A stretch of DNA of 64,000 nucleotides from a bacterium (GTDB taxonomy: Bacteria; Patescibacteriota; Minisyncoccia; UBA6257; GWB1-50-10): the NCBI GenBank assembly GCA_002686365.1, contig NZBZ01000004.1, positions 98,752 to 162,751 of the forward strand, given 5' to 3'. Positions 44,376 to 52,682 of this stretch are shown piece by piece. A program made the position numbers and the translations under genes. A model generated the notes under the pieces. The model was not told the DNA's origin. It did not search any database and was given only the letters and a program-made list of their open reading frames with translations. Position 1 is the first letter of the stretch, and every line of letters starts with the position of its first letter.

Positions 44376-44942
44376 ATGAGTGATACAGAGATTGAAATTA
44401 AGGTTGGGGTAGAGCATACAGACAAGCTTTTAGAATTCTTGGAGAAGGAGGGAAAGTTTTTAGGAGAAAGACAACAGAAGGATGAGTATTTTACTCCAGC
44501 ACATCGTGACTTTTTGAAAGTGCGGCCTGTTAAGGAGTGGCTTCGTTTGCGGGATGCGGATGGGCAGTGTTCTTTCACGTACAAGAACTATTACTATGAT
44601 GAGCGCGGCAAGAGTAGTCATTGTGATGAGTATGAGGCGGAACTTACAAGCATGGATCAGTCTAAGAAGATGTTTAACGCGCTTGATTTTAAATCTATCT
44701 GCTTGGTGGATAAGGTACGGAGGAGTTGGATGTATAAGGATTATGAAGTATCACTCGACTCGGTGAAGGATTTAGGAGATTTTGTGGAAATTGAGTATAA
44801 AGGCAAGGATGAGAACGTGGAGCCAAAAAAGGTAACAGCAGATATGGTGAAGTTTTTAAAGGATTTGGGGTGCGGAAAGATTCAGAGGGATTATGTTGGG
44901 TATCCGTTTCTTTTAATGTTTCCAGATGAGGCAGATAGGTAG
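44376..44942 (+). CDS. CYTH-domain protein (class IV adenylate cyclase CyaB / triphosphate-tunnel metalloenzyme-like)
   Basis: The N-terminal EIEIKV motif is the hallmark of the CYTH tunnel (ExExK). 188 aa. Confidence 0.55.
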   Translation: MSDTEIEIKVGVEHTDKLLEFLEKEGKFLGERQQKDEYFTPAHRDFLKVRPVKEWLRLRDADGQCSFTYKNYYYDERGKSSHCDEYEAELTSMDQSKKMFNALDFKSICLVDKVRRSWMYKDYEVSLDSVKDLGDFVEIEYKGKDENVEPKKVTADMVKFLKDLGCGKIQRDYVGYPFLLMFPDEADR

Positions 44943-44993
44943 GAGGTTTGACGAAATTTTCAATTTCTAATTTTCAATATTTTTGATAATTTA

Positions 44994-45308
44994 ATGGATC
45001 ATTATCTAAAACTTGAGCTTGCAGCAACGTCTGAGGAAGAGGCAGGACAATTTTTGGATGTGCTCTTGGAAAAGCATTTAGTTGCGGGCGGACACCTTTT
45101 TCCTGGTGAGACGCGGCATTGGTGGAAAGGAAAAATTGATATTGCGAAGTATTGGTATGTGAAGGCGTATACAGTTTCTGCTCACAAAAAGAAAATTATT
45201 TCGGAGATTGAGTCTATTTCAAAAGACGAGGTTCCGGGTATCGTGTTTTATGAAATCAGTTCTGCGAATGAGAGCTTTTTGAAGTGGATTCGAGATAATA
45301 CATTATGA
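44994..45308 (+). CDS. cutA: Divalent-cation tolerance protein CutA-like
   Basis: ...HLVAGGHLFPGETRHWWKGKI...DEVPGIVFYEI...FLKWIRDN fits the CutA1 pattern (AC..Q.P..S.Y.WKG.I...HPYE.PE...YL.WI). Confidence 0.45.
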   Translation: MDHYLKLELAATSEEEAGQFLDVLLEKHLVAGGHLFPGETRHWWKGKIDIAKYWYVKAYTVSAHKKKIISEIESISKDEVPGIVFYEISSANESFLKWIRDNTL

Positions 45309-45862
45309 AGAAGCGTTGTGCGTGGGCTACGGAGGAGTCTTTGCTCGAGTATCATGATAAGGAGTGGGGAGTGCCATCGCATGATGATCGGCTGCTTTTT
45401 GAGTTTTTGATTTTAGAGGGAGCTCAAGCAGGACTTAGTTGGACTACTATTTTGAAGAAGCGGGAGAATTATCGGAAAGCATTTGATAATTTTGATGCAA
45501 AGAAGATTGCGAAGTATGGAGAGAAGAAGATTCAGTCTTTATTGCAGGATGAGAGTATTGTGCGTAACCGTCTGAAGATACGGGGGGCAGTGCAGAATGC
45601 GAAAGTATTTTTGGAGATTCAGAGAGAGTTTGGGTCCTTTGACGCATATATCTGGCAGTTTGTTGTTGGTCGAGTGAAGAAGAATAGATTGAGAAGCGAA
45701 AAGCAGATTCCAGCAACAACTTTAGAGTCAGATGCAATGAGTAAGGACTTGAAGAAGCGCGGATGCACATTCGTAGGGGCAACGATTTGTTATGCCTTTA
45801 TGCAGGCAGTAGGGATGGTCAATGACCATACAGTGAACTGTTTTCGTTACAAGCAGGTTTAG
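45305..45862 (+). CDS. tag: DNA-3-methyladenine glycosylase I
   Basis: EYHDKEWGVPSHDDRLLFEFLILEGAQAGLSWTTILKKRENYRKAF... is the canonical Tag sequence. Confidence 0.8.
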   Translation: MKKRCAWATEESLLEYHDKEWGVPSHDDRLLFEFLILEGAQAGLSWTTILKKRENYRKAFDNFDAKKIAKYGEKKIQSLLQDESIVRNRLKIRGAVQNAKVFLEIQREFGSFDAYIWQFVVGRVKKNRLRSEKQIPATTLESDAMSKDLKKRGCTFVGATICYAFMQAVGMVNDHTVNCFRYKQV

Positions 45863-46431
45863 GATACTATATGGTCTAAGATTGCGTGTAGGATGACAGA
45901 GTGTGAGCTTTCCGCAACTCCATAAGAGGCGGTAGGAGTGTAGATGTTTATGTCGCCTTTTTGGGAAAGTGGATTTCCTTCCTCAAATCCTGATAGTGTA
46001 ATTGTTTTACATCCAATACTTTTTGCTGCTTTTACACCATTCAAGATGTTTGGAGACTTGCCAGAGCTTGAGATTGCAAAGAGTACATCGCCCTCATCAG
46101 CATATATTTCAATTGCTTTTTCAAAGGCCTCCTCAAATGAGTAGTCATTTGAAAGGCAGGTTAGGAGGGGTCCGTTATTAAATGAGAGTCCGCGGATATT
46201 TGCCATTTTTGAGAAGTCTTCTGCAAGATGGTCTGCTATTGTGGCGCTTCCTCCATTTCCAATAAAGAGAAGTTTTTTCTTATTCGCTTTTACTTCTTTT
46301 ATTGTGTTTTCTATCTCTTTTAGCGCCTCTTCTTTGGAGATTTCTTTTTGTCCTTGTCTAAGGAACTTTGCGTTTTTGATGCAGTTTTGGATTCCAGAGA
46401 TATAGGCCTCAAGATTTGTATTTTGTGTCAT
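45859..46431 (-). CDS. gmhA: SIS-domain phosphoheptose isomerase (GmhA/DiaA-like)
   Basis: ...LLFIGNGGSATIADHLAEDF... and ...DVLFAISSSGKSPNIL... Confidence 0.6.
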   Translation of the reverse strand: MTQNTNLEAYISGIQNCIKNAKFLRQGQKEISKEEALKEIENTIKEVKANKKKLLFIGNGGSATIADHLAEDFSKMANIRGLSFNNGPLLTCLSNDYSFEEAFEKAIEIYADEGDVLFAISSSGKSPNILNGVKAAKSIGCKTITLSGFEEGNPLSQKGDINIYTPTASYGVAESSHSVILHAILDHIVS

Positions 46432-46481
46432 TGGAACATTATACTACAGTAGTAAGTATTGGGTATCAATAGTAAATAATT

Positions 46482-46817
46482 ATGAAAGACACAATTTCTT
46501 TTGGTGATTTTCAAAAATTGGATTTGCGAATAGGCAAGGTTTTGGAGGCAGAGTCTGTGGAGGAGTCAGATAAACTTGTGAAACTGCAGGTTGATTTGGG
46601 GCCTGATATTGGAGCGCGGCAGATTTTGGCTGGTGTGGGAAAGAAGTACTCTGCTGCAGACTTAGTTGGGCGTATGATTGTAGTAGTTGTGAATCTTGAA
46701 TCAAAAGAGATGATGGGTTTGGAGAGTGAGGGAATGCTTTTGGCTGCAAGTAAAGATGAAGGGCCTGTTTTACTTACGATTTCAGAGGATATTTTGCCTG
46801 GGGCAGAGGTTGGGTGA
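46482..46817 (+). CDS. tRNA-binding protein (CsaA/Trbp111, EMAP-like OB fold)
   Basis: ...DLRIGKVLEAESVEESDKLVKLQVDLG... (Myf-domain pattern). Confidence 0.65.
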   Translation: MKDTISFGDFQKLDLRIGKVLEAESVEESDKLVKLQVDLGPDIGARQILAGVGKKYSAADLVGRMIVVVVNLESKEMMGLESEGMLLAASKDEGPVLLTISEDILPGAEVG

Positions 46818-46928
46818 TTTTTGCCTTTTTTTGAGGATTTTGATAGGATATTTGTCGTATACAGAGCTTCCATAATTTGAGGGAGCAAGGGGGTATAGGT
46901 CGATTTTTTCTATTTTTCTTGAATAATT

Positions 46929-47543
46929 ATGAATAAAAATACTTGGATTGCGGCAATTATAGCCTTTATTCTTGGATTCGTTATTTCTTGGGGCATTTTT
47001 GGACGTAATGATGTTCCTGCGCTTCAGGATGGTGATGATGCTGATATTTCTGATATAGGGGAAGTATTAGAAGATGGTACACCTTTGGATTCTTCTGATT
47101 CTTTGGGTCTAGATGAGGTGATTCCTCCTTCTTCTTCTACTCAGACAGGAGAGGGATCTATCATAGTTTCTAATCAGTTGGCAGGAGATATGGTTTCGAT
47201 TGCTGAAGCTACTCTTGGAGCTGGTGGATGGATTGCTATTCGGGAAGATCTTGATGGAGAGCCATGGAATATTCTTGGAGCTGGCTGGTTCCCTGAAGGA
47301 GTTTCGAATTCTGTAATTGTTGAGCTTCTTCGCGCAACAGATCCCGGAAGTGTATATTATGCAGAACTTCGAAGTGATGATGGCGATCGAGAGTTCGACA
47401 ACAAGAAAGATTTGCTGCTTGAGGATCTTGATGGAAAGATCTTGAGGGTGAGTTTTGAGACTCTTCCTGATTCTGTTGATTTAGTTCCTGATGATTCAGA
47501 GGAGGCATGGGATTCAGGGGAGTCAGAGGAGGTAGAGCTTTAG
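46929..47543 (+). CDS. Hypothetical membrane-anchored acidic protein
   Basis: An N-terminal TM segment followed by an Asp/Glu-rich ectodomain. Confidence 0.4.
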   Translation: MNKNTWIAAIIAFILGFVISWGIFGRNDVPALQDGDDADISDIGEVLEDGTPLDSSDSLGLDEVIPPSSSTQTGEGSIIVSNQLAGDMVSIAEATLGAGGWIAIREDLDGEPWNILGAGWFPEGVSNSVIVELLRATDPGSVYYAELRSDDGDREFDNKKDLLLEDLDGKILRVSFETLPDSVDLVPDDSEEAWDSGESEEVEL

Positions 47544-47607
47544 TAGATATTATGCAAGACTGCCCATAGCTGGGCAGTCTTGTGTTTTATAGTGGTATAC
47601 TAAGTAG

Positions 47608-48327
47608 TTGAAATGGATAAATAATATGGAAAATGTTCCACAACATGTTGCTGCTATCCCTGATGGGAATAGGCGGTGGGCAAAGAAGCGGGGCCTTCCC
47701 GGTACTGCTGGCCATACAGAAGGGGTAAAGCGTTTTTATGATGTAATGGAGGAGGCGTTTGATAAGGGCGTCAAGTACTTTACGTTTTGGGGCGCATCAG
47801 AGAGTAATCTTACCAATCGTACAAAGGTAGAGGTGAAATTTTTGATGGATATTTTTCAAAATGAGATTTTGCGGCATTTTGATTCAAAGAAGTTTAAGGA
47901 GAATAAGATTCGGGTTCGGGTTCGCGGCAAGGGTGTGGAAATGATTGATAATCCAAAGCTTACTGAGACTGTGAAAAAGCTTGAGGAGGAGTCTGCGGAG
48001 TTTACAGATAAGAACTTAACAATTCTTTTTGGATATAGCGGGACTACAGAGATACGTGAGGCGATTTCTAAAATAAAGGAAGAGGATTTGGAAGTTACTG
48101 ATGAGAATATAAAGAAGTCTTTGTGGACTGGGGATTTGCCGCCAGTAGATTTTGTGATAAGAACTGGAATAGAAGGAGATCCTCATGTTTCTGCTGGATT
48201 TATGATGTGGCAGACAGCAGAGAGTCAGCTTTACTTTACAGAAATGTGCTGGCCTGATTTTGGAAAGAAGGAGCTTGCAAAGGTTTTGGAAGAGTATGGG
48301 GCAAGGGAGAGGAGGTTGGGGAAATAA
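47608..48327 (+). CDS. uppS: Undecaprenyl-diphosphate synthase
   Basis: HVAAIPDGNRRWAKKRGLP... is the canonical cis-prenyltransferase motif. Confidence 0.85.
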   Translation: MKWINNMENVPQHVAAIPDGNRRWAKKRGLPGTAGHTEGVKRFYDVMEEAFDKGVKYFTFWGASESNLTNRTKVEVKFLMDIFQNEILRHFDSKKFKENKIRVRVRGKGVEMIDNPKLTETVKKLEEESAEFTDKNLTILFGYSGTTEIREAISKIKEEDLEVTDENIKKSLWTGDLPPVDFVIRTGIEGDPHVSAGFMMWQTAESQLYFTEMCWPDFGKKELAKVLEEYGARERRLGK

Positions 48328-48328
48328 A

Positions 48329-48485
48329 ATCCTTTTTCTCGTTCGTAAGTCTCCACACATTAAAATTCTTTATTTGCTCATTACGGCAATTTGCCGCCCT
48401 GTTTCGCTTTGCTCCACGGGCACCCGGCAAATTGCCTATTCGCTCATAGAATTTAAGATGTGTTTCAACACACTCACTCTGAAAA
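48329..48485 (+). repeat. Interspersed repeat family A, copy 2
   Basis: Starts 2 nt after the uppS TAA; ~95% identical to copies 1 and 3. Confidence 0.7.
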
Positions 48486-48619
48486 ATAATTTTATTTTTC
48501 TATGGGAAGTCGTTCTAGGTGCTTTTTACAAAGTAACTTTTTTAAGTCGTCTCAAGAAAGAAAAGATGAATTGTGAGTAATAGAATTTTTCCTCATTCTG
48601 TAGTGGGATGGAGGAGGTC

Positions 48620-48648
48620 TGTAGGTAGCCCCGCCAGGGCGGGGCTTT
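48620..48648 (+). terminator. Rho-independent terminator AGCCCCGCC-AGG-GCGGGGCT plus T7, preceded by GGAGGAGGTCTGTAGGT
   Basis: GC-rich hairpin followed by TTTTTTT. Confidence 0.55.
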
Positions 48649-48697
48649 TTTTGTAATTTCTTGAACCTTTTGGGAGGTTTGGTACAATTGGTTTTGT

Positions 48698-49765
48698 ATG
48701 GAGCTTTTATCCTTTTTAGACCGCATTCCATATGCGGATTATGTAATTTTAGGGAATAGTGTGCGGGATTATGTTGTTGCTTTGGCAGTGCTTGCTGCAG
48801 CGCTTATTGTGTTTCGAATATTTCAGCAGGTTCTTATACAGCGTTTTAAGAAGTTTGCAAAGCAAACAAAGACAGATATTGATGATATGTTTTTGCAGAT
48901 TGTGGAGAGCTTGAGACCTCCTTTCTATGTATTTCTCGCGTTTTATGTTGGGATTCGATTTTTGGCAGTTGATGTAACAGTTCAGAAGGTTATTGATTCT
49001 CTTCTTGTTATTTGGGTTGTGTATCAGGTGGTTTTGGCAGTTCAGATTTTGATTGATTATGGAATAAAGAAGGGTGTTCGTGGAGGGGAGGATAAGGGTA
49101 CAAAGGCGGCGCTTGGGGCAATGAGCAGAATTGTTAAGTGGGTGCTTTGGGCAGTTGCTATACTTTTTGTACTTTCTAACTTGGGGGTGAATGTGAGTTC
49201 TGTTCTTGCAGGGCTTGGTATTGGCGGAATCGCGATTGCGCTTGCTGCTCAGAATATCTTGGGAGATTTGTTTAGTTCGTTTGCAATTTATTTTGATAAG
49301 CCGTTTATGGTTGGGGACTTTATTGTATTGGGTAAGCATAAGGGTACGGTTGAGAAGATTGGCATAAAGACTACGCGACTTCGGTCTTTAAGCGGTGAGG
49401 AGATTGTTATTTCTAATAAGGAGCTTACCTCTACTAGAATTCAGAACTTTCGGAGAATGGAGAAACGGAGGATTGCTTTTAAGATTGGAGTTATATATGA
49501 GACTTCAACGGAGAAATTGAAGAAAATACCAAAGATTGTAAAGGAGATTTTTAATAAAGTTGAAACAGCAGAGTTAAACCGAGTACATTTCGCGCAATTT
49601 GATGATTTTGCTTTAACGTTTGAGATTGTGTATTATGTGACCTCGCGAGAGTTTGAAATATATATGGATACACAGCAGGATGTGAATTTTGCTCTGAAAG
49701 AACGGTTTGAAAAGGAGGGTATTGAATTTGCCTATCCAACGCAGATGGTATATGTAAAGAAATGA
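48698..49765 (+). CDS. Mechanosensitive ion channel, MscS family
   Basis: N-terminal TM helices and an MscS beta domain (...GDFIVLGKHKGTVEKIGIKTTRLRSLSGEEIVISN...). Confidence 0.75.
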   Translation: MELLSFLDRIPYADYVILGNSVRDYVVALAVLAAALIVFRIFQQVLIQRFKKFAKQTKTDIDDMFLQIVESLRPPFYVFLAFYVGIRFLAVDVTVQKVIDSLLVIWVVYQVVLAVQILIDYGIKKGVRGGEDKGTKAALGAMSRIVKWVLWAVAILFVLSNLGVNVSSVLAGLGIGGIAIALAAQNILGDLFSSFAIYFDKPFMVGDFIVLGKHKGTVEKIGIKTTRLRSLSGEEIVISNKELTSTRIQNFRRMEKRRIAFKIGVIYETSTEKLKKIPKIVKEIFNKVETAELNRVHFAQFDDFALTFEIVYYVTSREFEIYMDTQQDVNFALKERFEKEGIEFAYPTQMVYVKK

Positions 49766-49784
49766 TACGGGCAAAGAAATGGTG

Positions 49785-49855
49785 CGGGCCGTAGTATACC
49801 GGTAGTACGCCTGTTTTGGGAACAGGTAGACCGGGTTCGATTCCCGGCGGCCCGA
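49785..49855 (+). tRNA. tRNA-Pro (anticodon UGG)
   Basis: Acceptor stem CGGGCCG/CGGCCCG. D-arm GTAT-ACCGGTA-GTAC. Anticodon stem-loop CCTGT-TTTGGGA-ACAGG. T-arm CCGGG-TTCGATT-CCCGG. Discriminator A. Confidence 0.8.
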
Positions 49856-49865
49856 CTAAGGTATC

Positions 49866-49894
49866 AAAAGGAGCTCTCATGAGCTCCTTTTGAG
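49866..49894 (+). terminator. Terminator hairpin AAGGAGCTC-TCAT-GAGCTCCTT plus TTTT
   Basis: 9-bp stem followed by a U-run, directly after tRNA-Pro. Confidence 0.5.
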
Positions 49895-50019
49895 ACTCTA
49901 TGTGGTCGGGAATCGAAGGGAACCCCGACATTTATCGTCGGGGTGGGGGAGCGGGATTCCCGGCCTCCTATTGAGCGACGTGAGATTCCCCGGCCCGACA
50001 GCGATTTTTATAGATTTTT

Positions 50020-50054
50020 ATAACATTTCCTACGATCGTAGGAAATGTTATAAT
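50020..50054 (+). promoter_or_regulatory. 32-bp perfect palindrome ATAACATTTCCTACGA|TCGTAGGAAATGTTAT overlapping a TATAAT (50049-50054) 6 nt before the start codon: candidate autoregulated, leaderless promoter-operator
   Basis: Perfect 16-bp arms with the same ACGATCGT core as hairpins 26518, 27085 and 50556. Confidence 0.45.
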
Positions 50055-50060
50055 TTGTGT

Positions 50061-50546
50061 ATGGCTTTTAATAATGATTTGCTTACAGTTCTTTTTCGCA
50101 ACACGATGAGCTATAAACTGCTTAGGGAGTTTGCGCATAAACGTCGTCAAAAAGAAGTAAAGGATTCGGTTTTGCGAACAACTCTCTATCGTTTACGAAA
50201 ACAGGGCTTGGTTGTTCAAAAAGATGGAAAGTGGAGCATAACAAATCTAGGTAAGGACTTTTTGAAACGTAAGGAAAAGGCAAAGATTTGGGAGCATGGT
50301 TTGTACGACAAGTCTTTACGTGAGCGTGACAAGAATATGATTATTGCTTTTGATATTCCAGAATCTGAAAGGAGAAAACGGGATTGGTTAAGAGTTGAGC
50401 TGCGTCTTCTTGGCTTTGATCCTATTCAGAAGAGTGTTTGGTTTGGTCCATATCCGTTGCCTCGAGAGTTTATTCAGTCTTTGGGTAAATTGGAGCTTAT
50501 TACGTACTTGAAGTTTTTTCGTGCTCGGAAAGATGAGGTTGTTTGA
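50061..50546 (+). CDS. Winged-helix + Cas2/PaaX-like domain protein (161 aa), paralog 2
   Basis: MAFNNDLLTVLF...TLYRLRKQGLVVQKDGKWSITNLGKDF...MIIAFDIPESERRKRDWLRVELRLLGFDPIQKSVWFGPYPLP. It aligns end to end with 26556-27056. The ATG at 50061 is preferred; the track's 49890 start runs through repeat sequence. Confidence 0.5.
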   Translation: MAFNNDLLTVLFRNTMSYKLLREFAHKRRQKEVKDSVLRTTLYRLRKQGLVVQKDGKWSITNLGKDFLKRKEKAKIWEHGLYDKSLRERDKNMIIAFDIPESERRKRDWLRVELRLLGFDPIQKSVWFGPYPLPREFIQSLGKLELITYLKFFRARKDEVV

Positions 50547-50555
50547 CTTTTTGTA

Positions 50556-50583
50556 AACAAACCTTACGATCGTGAGGTTTGTT
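50556..50583 (+). repeat. Hairpin element E (AACAAACCT-TACGATCGTG-AGGTTTGTT) downstream of paralog 2
   Basis: Direct repeat of the upstream palindrome, with the ACGATCGT core. Confidence 0.4.
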
Positions 50584-50621
50584 ATATTTTTTTGAGTGTG
50601 ATTTTTTGGTATACTAAAAGC

Positions 50622-51005
50622 ATGAATAAAAAAGATTCGAAGACAATACTTTTAGTCGAGGATGATCAGATTTTATTGAAGACTGTTACGGAGGAGCTAG
50701 AAGAGCATGGGTATAATGTCCTTTAGGCTATAGATGGTGAGGTTGGTTTGAAGTCCGCATTTGAAGCTCATCCGGATTTGGTGATGCTTGATGTAAAGCT
50801 TCCTGGTATGGATGGAATGGAGGTGATGAAAAATATCCGTGAGGATTCGTGGGGGAAGAATGTTCCTCTTATTATTTTTACTGTTATTCATCCTGATGAT
50901 GAGATGGTAAAAATGATAGAGAAGTATGAGCCTTCGCATTATCTTGTAAAGTCTGAGTGGAGTTTGGAGAAGGTTGTTGAAAAGGTAAAGGATGTTTTGA
51001 AATAA
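50622..51005 (+). pseudogene. CheY-like single-domain response regulator (REC) interrupted by an in-frame TAG at about 50724-50726
   Basis: MNKKDSKTILLVEDDQILLKTVTEELEEHGYNVL*AIDGEVGLKSAFEAHPDLVMLDVKLPGMDGMEV... The stop falls between V-L and A-x-DG of the conserved receiver core. The track reports only the C-terminal 85 aa (50748-51005, TTG start). The minus-strand track ORF 50697-50939 is consistent with a single TAG and no frameshift. By eye I could not exclude an additional 1-nt indel near 50700. Confidence 0.45.
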
Positions 51006-51103
51006 GTAGAATGTCGGGGGCTATGAGAAATAATTTATTTATAGCTGAATCTTTGGTTTGGCTTTTTATTGATTAGTTTAGGGGCCATAGATTTTCTTAT
51101 GTA

Positions 51104-51319
51104 GTGAAATTGCGTATAGTGAAAAAGCGTAAGAAGCAGACTCGAGAAATGAATCAGATACTTCGTAAGGCGTTTGATTCGCTAGATAAGGGTGTTCGTG
51201 AGCAAATTAAAGTATTAGAGAAAGCTAAATCAAAACGTAGACTTACTAAAGAAGAGGAAGAGGTAATGAGGGGGCTTAGAAAGGAGGTGCGCGACGCAAA
51301 AAAGTCAGCAAAGAAATAG
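51104..51319 (+). CDS. Small basic hypothetical protein (71 aa)
   Basis: Lys/Arg/Glu-rich helical sequence with no motif; weak support. Confidence 0.25.
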   Translation: MKLRIVKKRKKQTREMNQILRKAFDSLDKGVREQIKVLEKAKSKRRLTKEEEEVMRGLRKEVRDAKKSAKK

Positions 51320-51395
51320 GGTAATCAATAAGGAATAATTATCTTAGTAATACACAGAGGTCTTCTTCTGGGATGGTTTTTTGTGGTACATTTAG

Positions 51396-52673
51396 GTGTA
51401 TATGAGAATACAAAATTATAAAGAGCTTGCTCAGTCGGATTTGCGGGAGAAGGCATTTCAGATTGTTAATGCTGGCTTGGAGGCGATTGATACGGAGAGG
51501 GCTGTACGTAATGGAATTCGTTTAGAGGGTAATACATTTTTTGTCAGGGATGAGAAGTTTTCTCTTACAGGAGTAGAGAAGATTCATGTAGTTGGATTTG
51601 GGAAGGTGTCTTTGGACGCGTGCAAAGCCTTAGAGGAGGTTTTGGGAGATCGTTTAGATGGAGGCATTTGTTTGGATGTCCGAGAAGGAGATTTGAAGAA
51701 GATTCAGGTGTTGGTTGGGACGCATCCATTTCCATCTGAAGATAATGAGAGGGCAACAAAGGAGATTATTGAGTTTTTGTCTGGGCTTACAGAAAAGGAT
51801 TTTGTGATTTTTGTGATTTCCGGCGGAGGATCTACGCTTTTGGTTCAGCCTGAAGGTATGTCTGTTGAAGATGAGGTAGAGACCTTAAAGGCGCTTTTCG
51901 TAGGAGGCGCGAATATTGAAGAGATGAATACGATTCGTAAGCATGTTTCGCATGCGCGCGGAGGATGGCTTGCGCGCCATGTGTATCCCGCATCATCTTT
52001 GTCTTTGATTTTTTCTGATGTGCCGGGTGATGATGTTCAAGTGATTTCTTCAGGACCAACTGTGAAAGATGGAACCACAATGGAAGATGCGCGTCGTGTT
52101 ATGAAGAGGTATAAGGTTAGCTTGCCAAATGAGGCGATTTTTGAGACGCCAAAAGAAGAGAAGTGTTTTAAGAATGCAAAGCATGTGATTTTTGTTTCAA
52201 ATAAAATTGCGCTTGGTGCTATGGAGGAGAAGGCAAAAGAGCTTGGTATGAGTCCGGATATACGAGAGACCGCGCTTCAGGGTGAGGCGCAGGATGTTGG
52301 CAAGAAGGTTTTGGGCGATTTGCGTAAAGCTTCGTCTGGGGATGTGCTTTTGTATGGCGGGGAGACTACGGTTACGATTTCTGGGGATGGTAAGGGAGGA
52401 CGGAATCAGGAGGTTTCTCTTGGAGCACTTTCAGGCGTGGAGGATGGAGAGCTCTTGCTTCCGTTTGCTTCAGACGGGAGAGATAATACTGATTTTGCGG
52501 GAGGAGTGTGTGATATACTAACTAAGAAGAAGGCAGAGAGGATGGATTTGAGTCCAGAAGAGTTTCTTAAAAATAATGATTCGTTTCATTTTTTTGAGAG
52601 AGTTGGGAGTGCTTTGATTTTGGGGAGGACAGGGTCAAATGTTTCAGACTTAATTATTGCTATGAAGGCCTAG
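51396..52673 (+). CDS. Glycerate 2-kinase (MOFRL family)
   Basis: N-terminal DUF4147-like region (...HVVGFGKVSLDAC...) and C-terminal MOFRL (...LLYGGETTVTISGDGKGGRNQEVSLGAL...). Confidence 0.7.
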   Translation: MYMRIQNYKELAQSDLREKAFQIVNAGLEAIDTERAVRNGIRLEGNTFFVRDEKFSLTGVEKIHVVGFGKVSLDACKALEEVLGDRLDGGICLDVREGDLKKIQVLVGTHPFPSEDNERATKEIIEFLSGLTEKDFVIFVISGGGSTLLVQPEGMSVEDEVETLKALFVGGANIEEMNTIRKHVSHARGGWLARHVYPASSLSLIFSDVPGDDVQVISSGPTVKDGTTMEDARRVMKRYKVSLPNEAIFETPKEEKCFKNAKHVIFVSNKIALGAMEEKAKELGMSPDIRETALQGEAQDVGKKVLGDLRKASSGDVLLYGGETTVTISGDGKGGRNQEVSLGALSGVEDGELLLPFASDGRDNTDFAGGVCDILTKKKAERMDLSPEEFLKNNDSFHFFERVGSALILGRTGSNVSDLIIAMKA

Positions 52674-52682
52674 TGGTAGATT

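Noticed and set aside
48236-48430. Minus-strand ORF starting inside repeat A copy 2 (MPGARGAKRNRAANCRNEQIKNF...)
   Set aside because: It begins at a TTG, and the equivalent frame is interrupted or different in copies 1 and 3, so repeat A is not protein-coding.
50622-51005. Genome-wide reassignment of TAG (amber) as a sense codon
   Set aside because: TAG is the terminal codon of several well-delimited genes here (proS at 9718-9720, lemA at 24732-24734, the gene ending at 59402). Their ends coincide with repeat or terminator boundaries, so TAG is a genuine stop in this genome.
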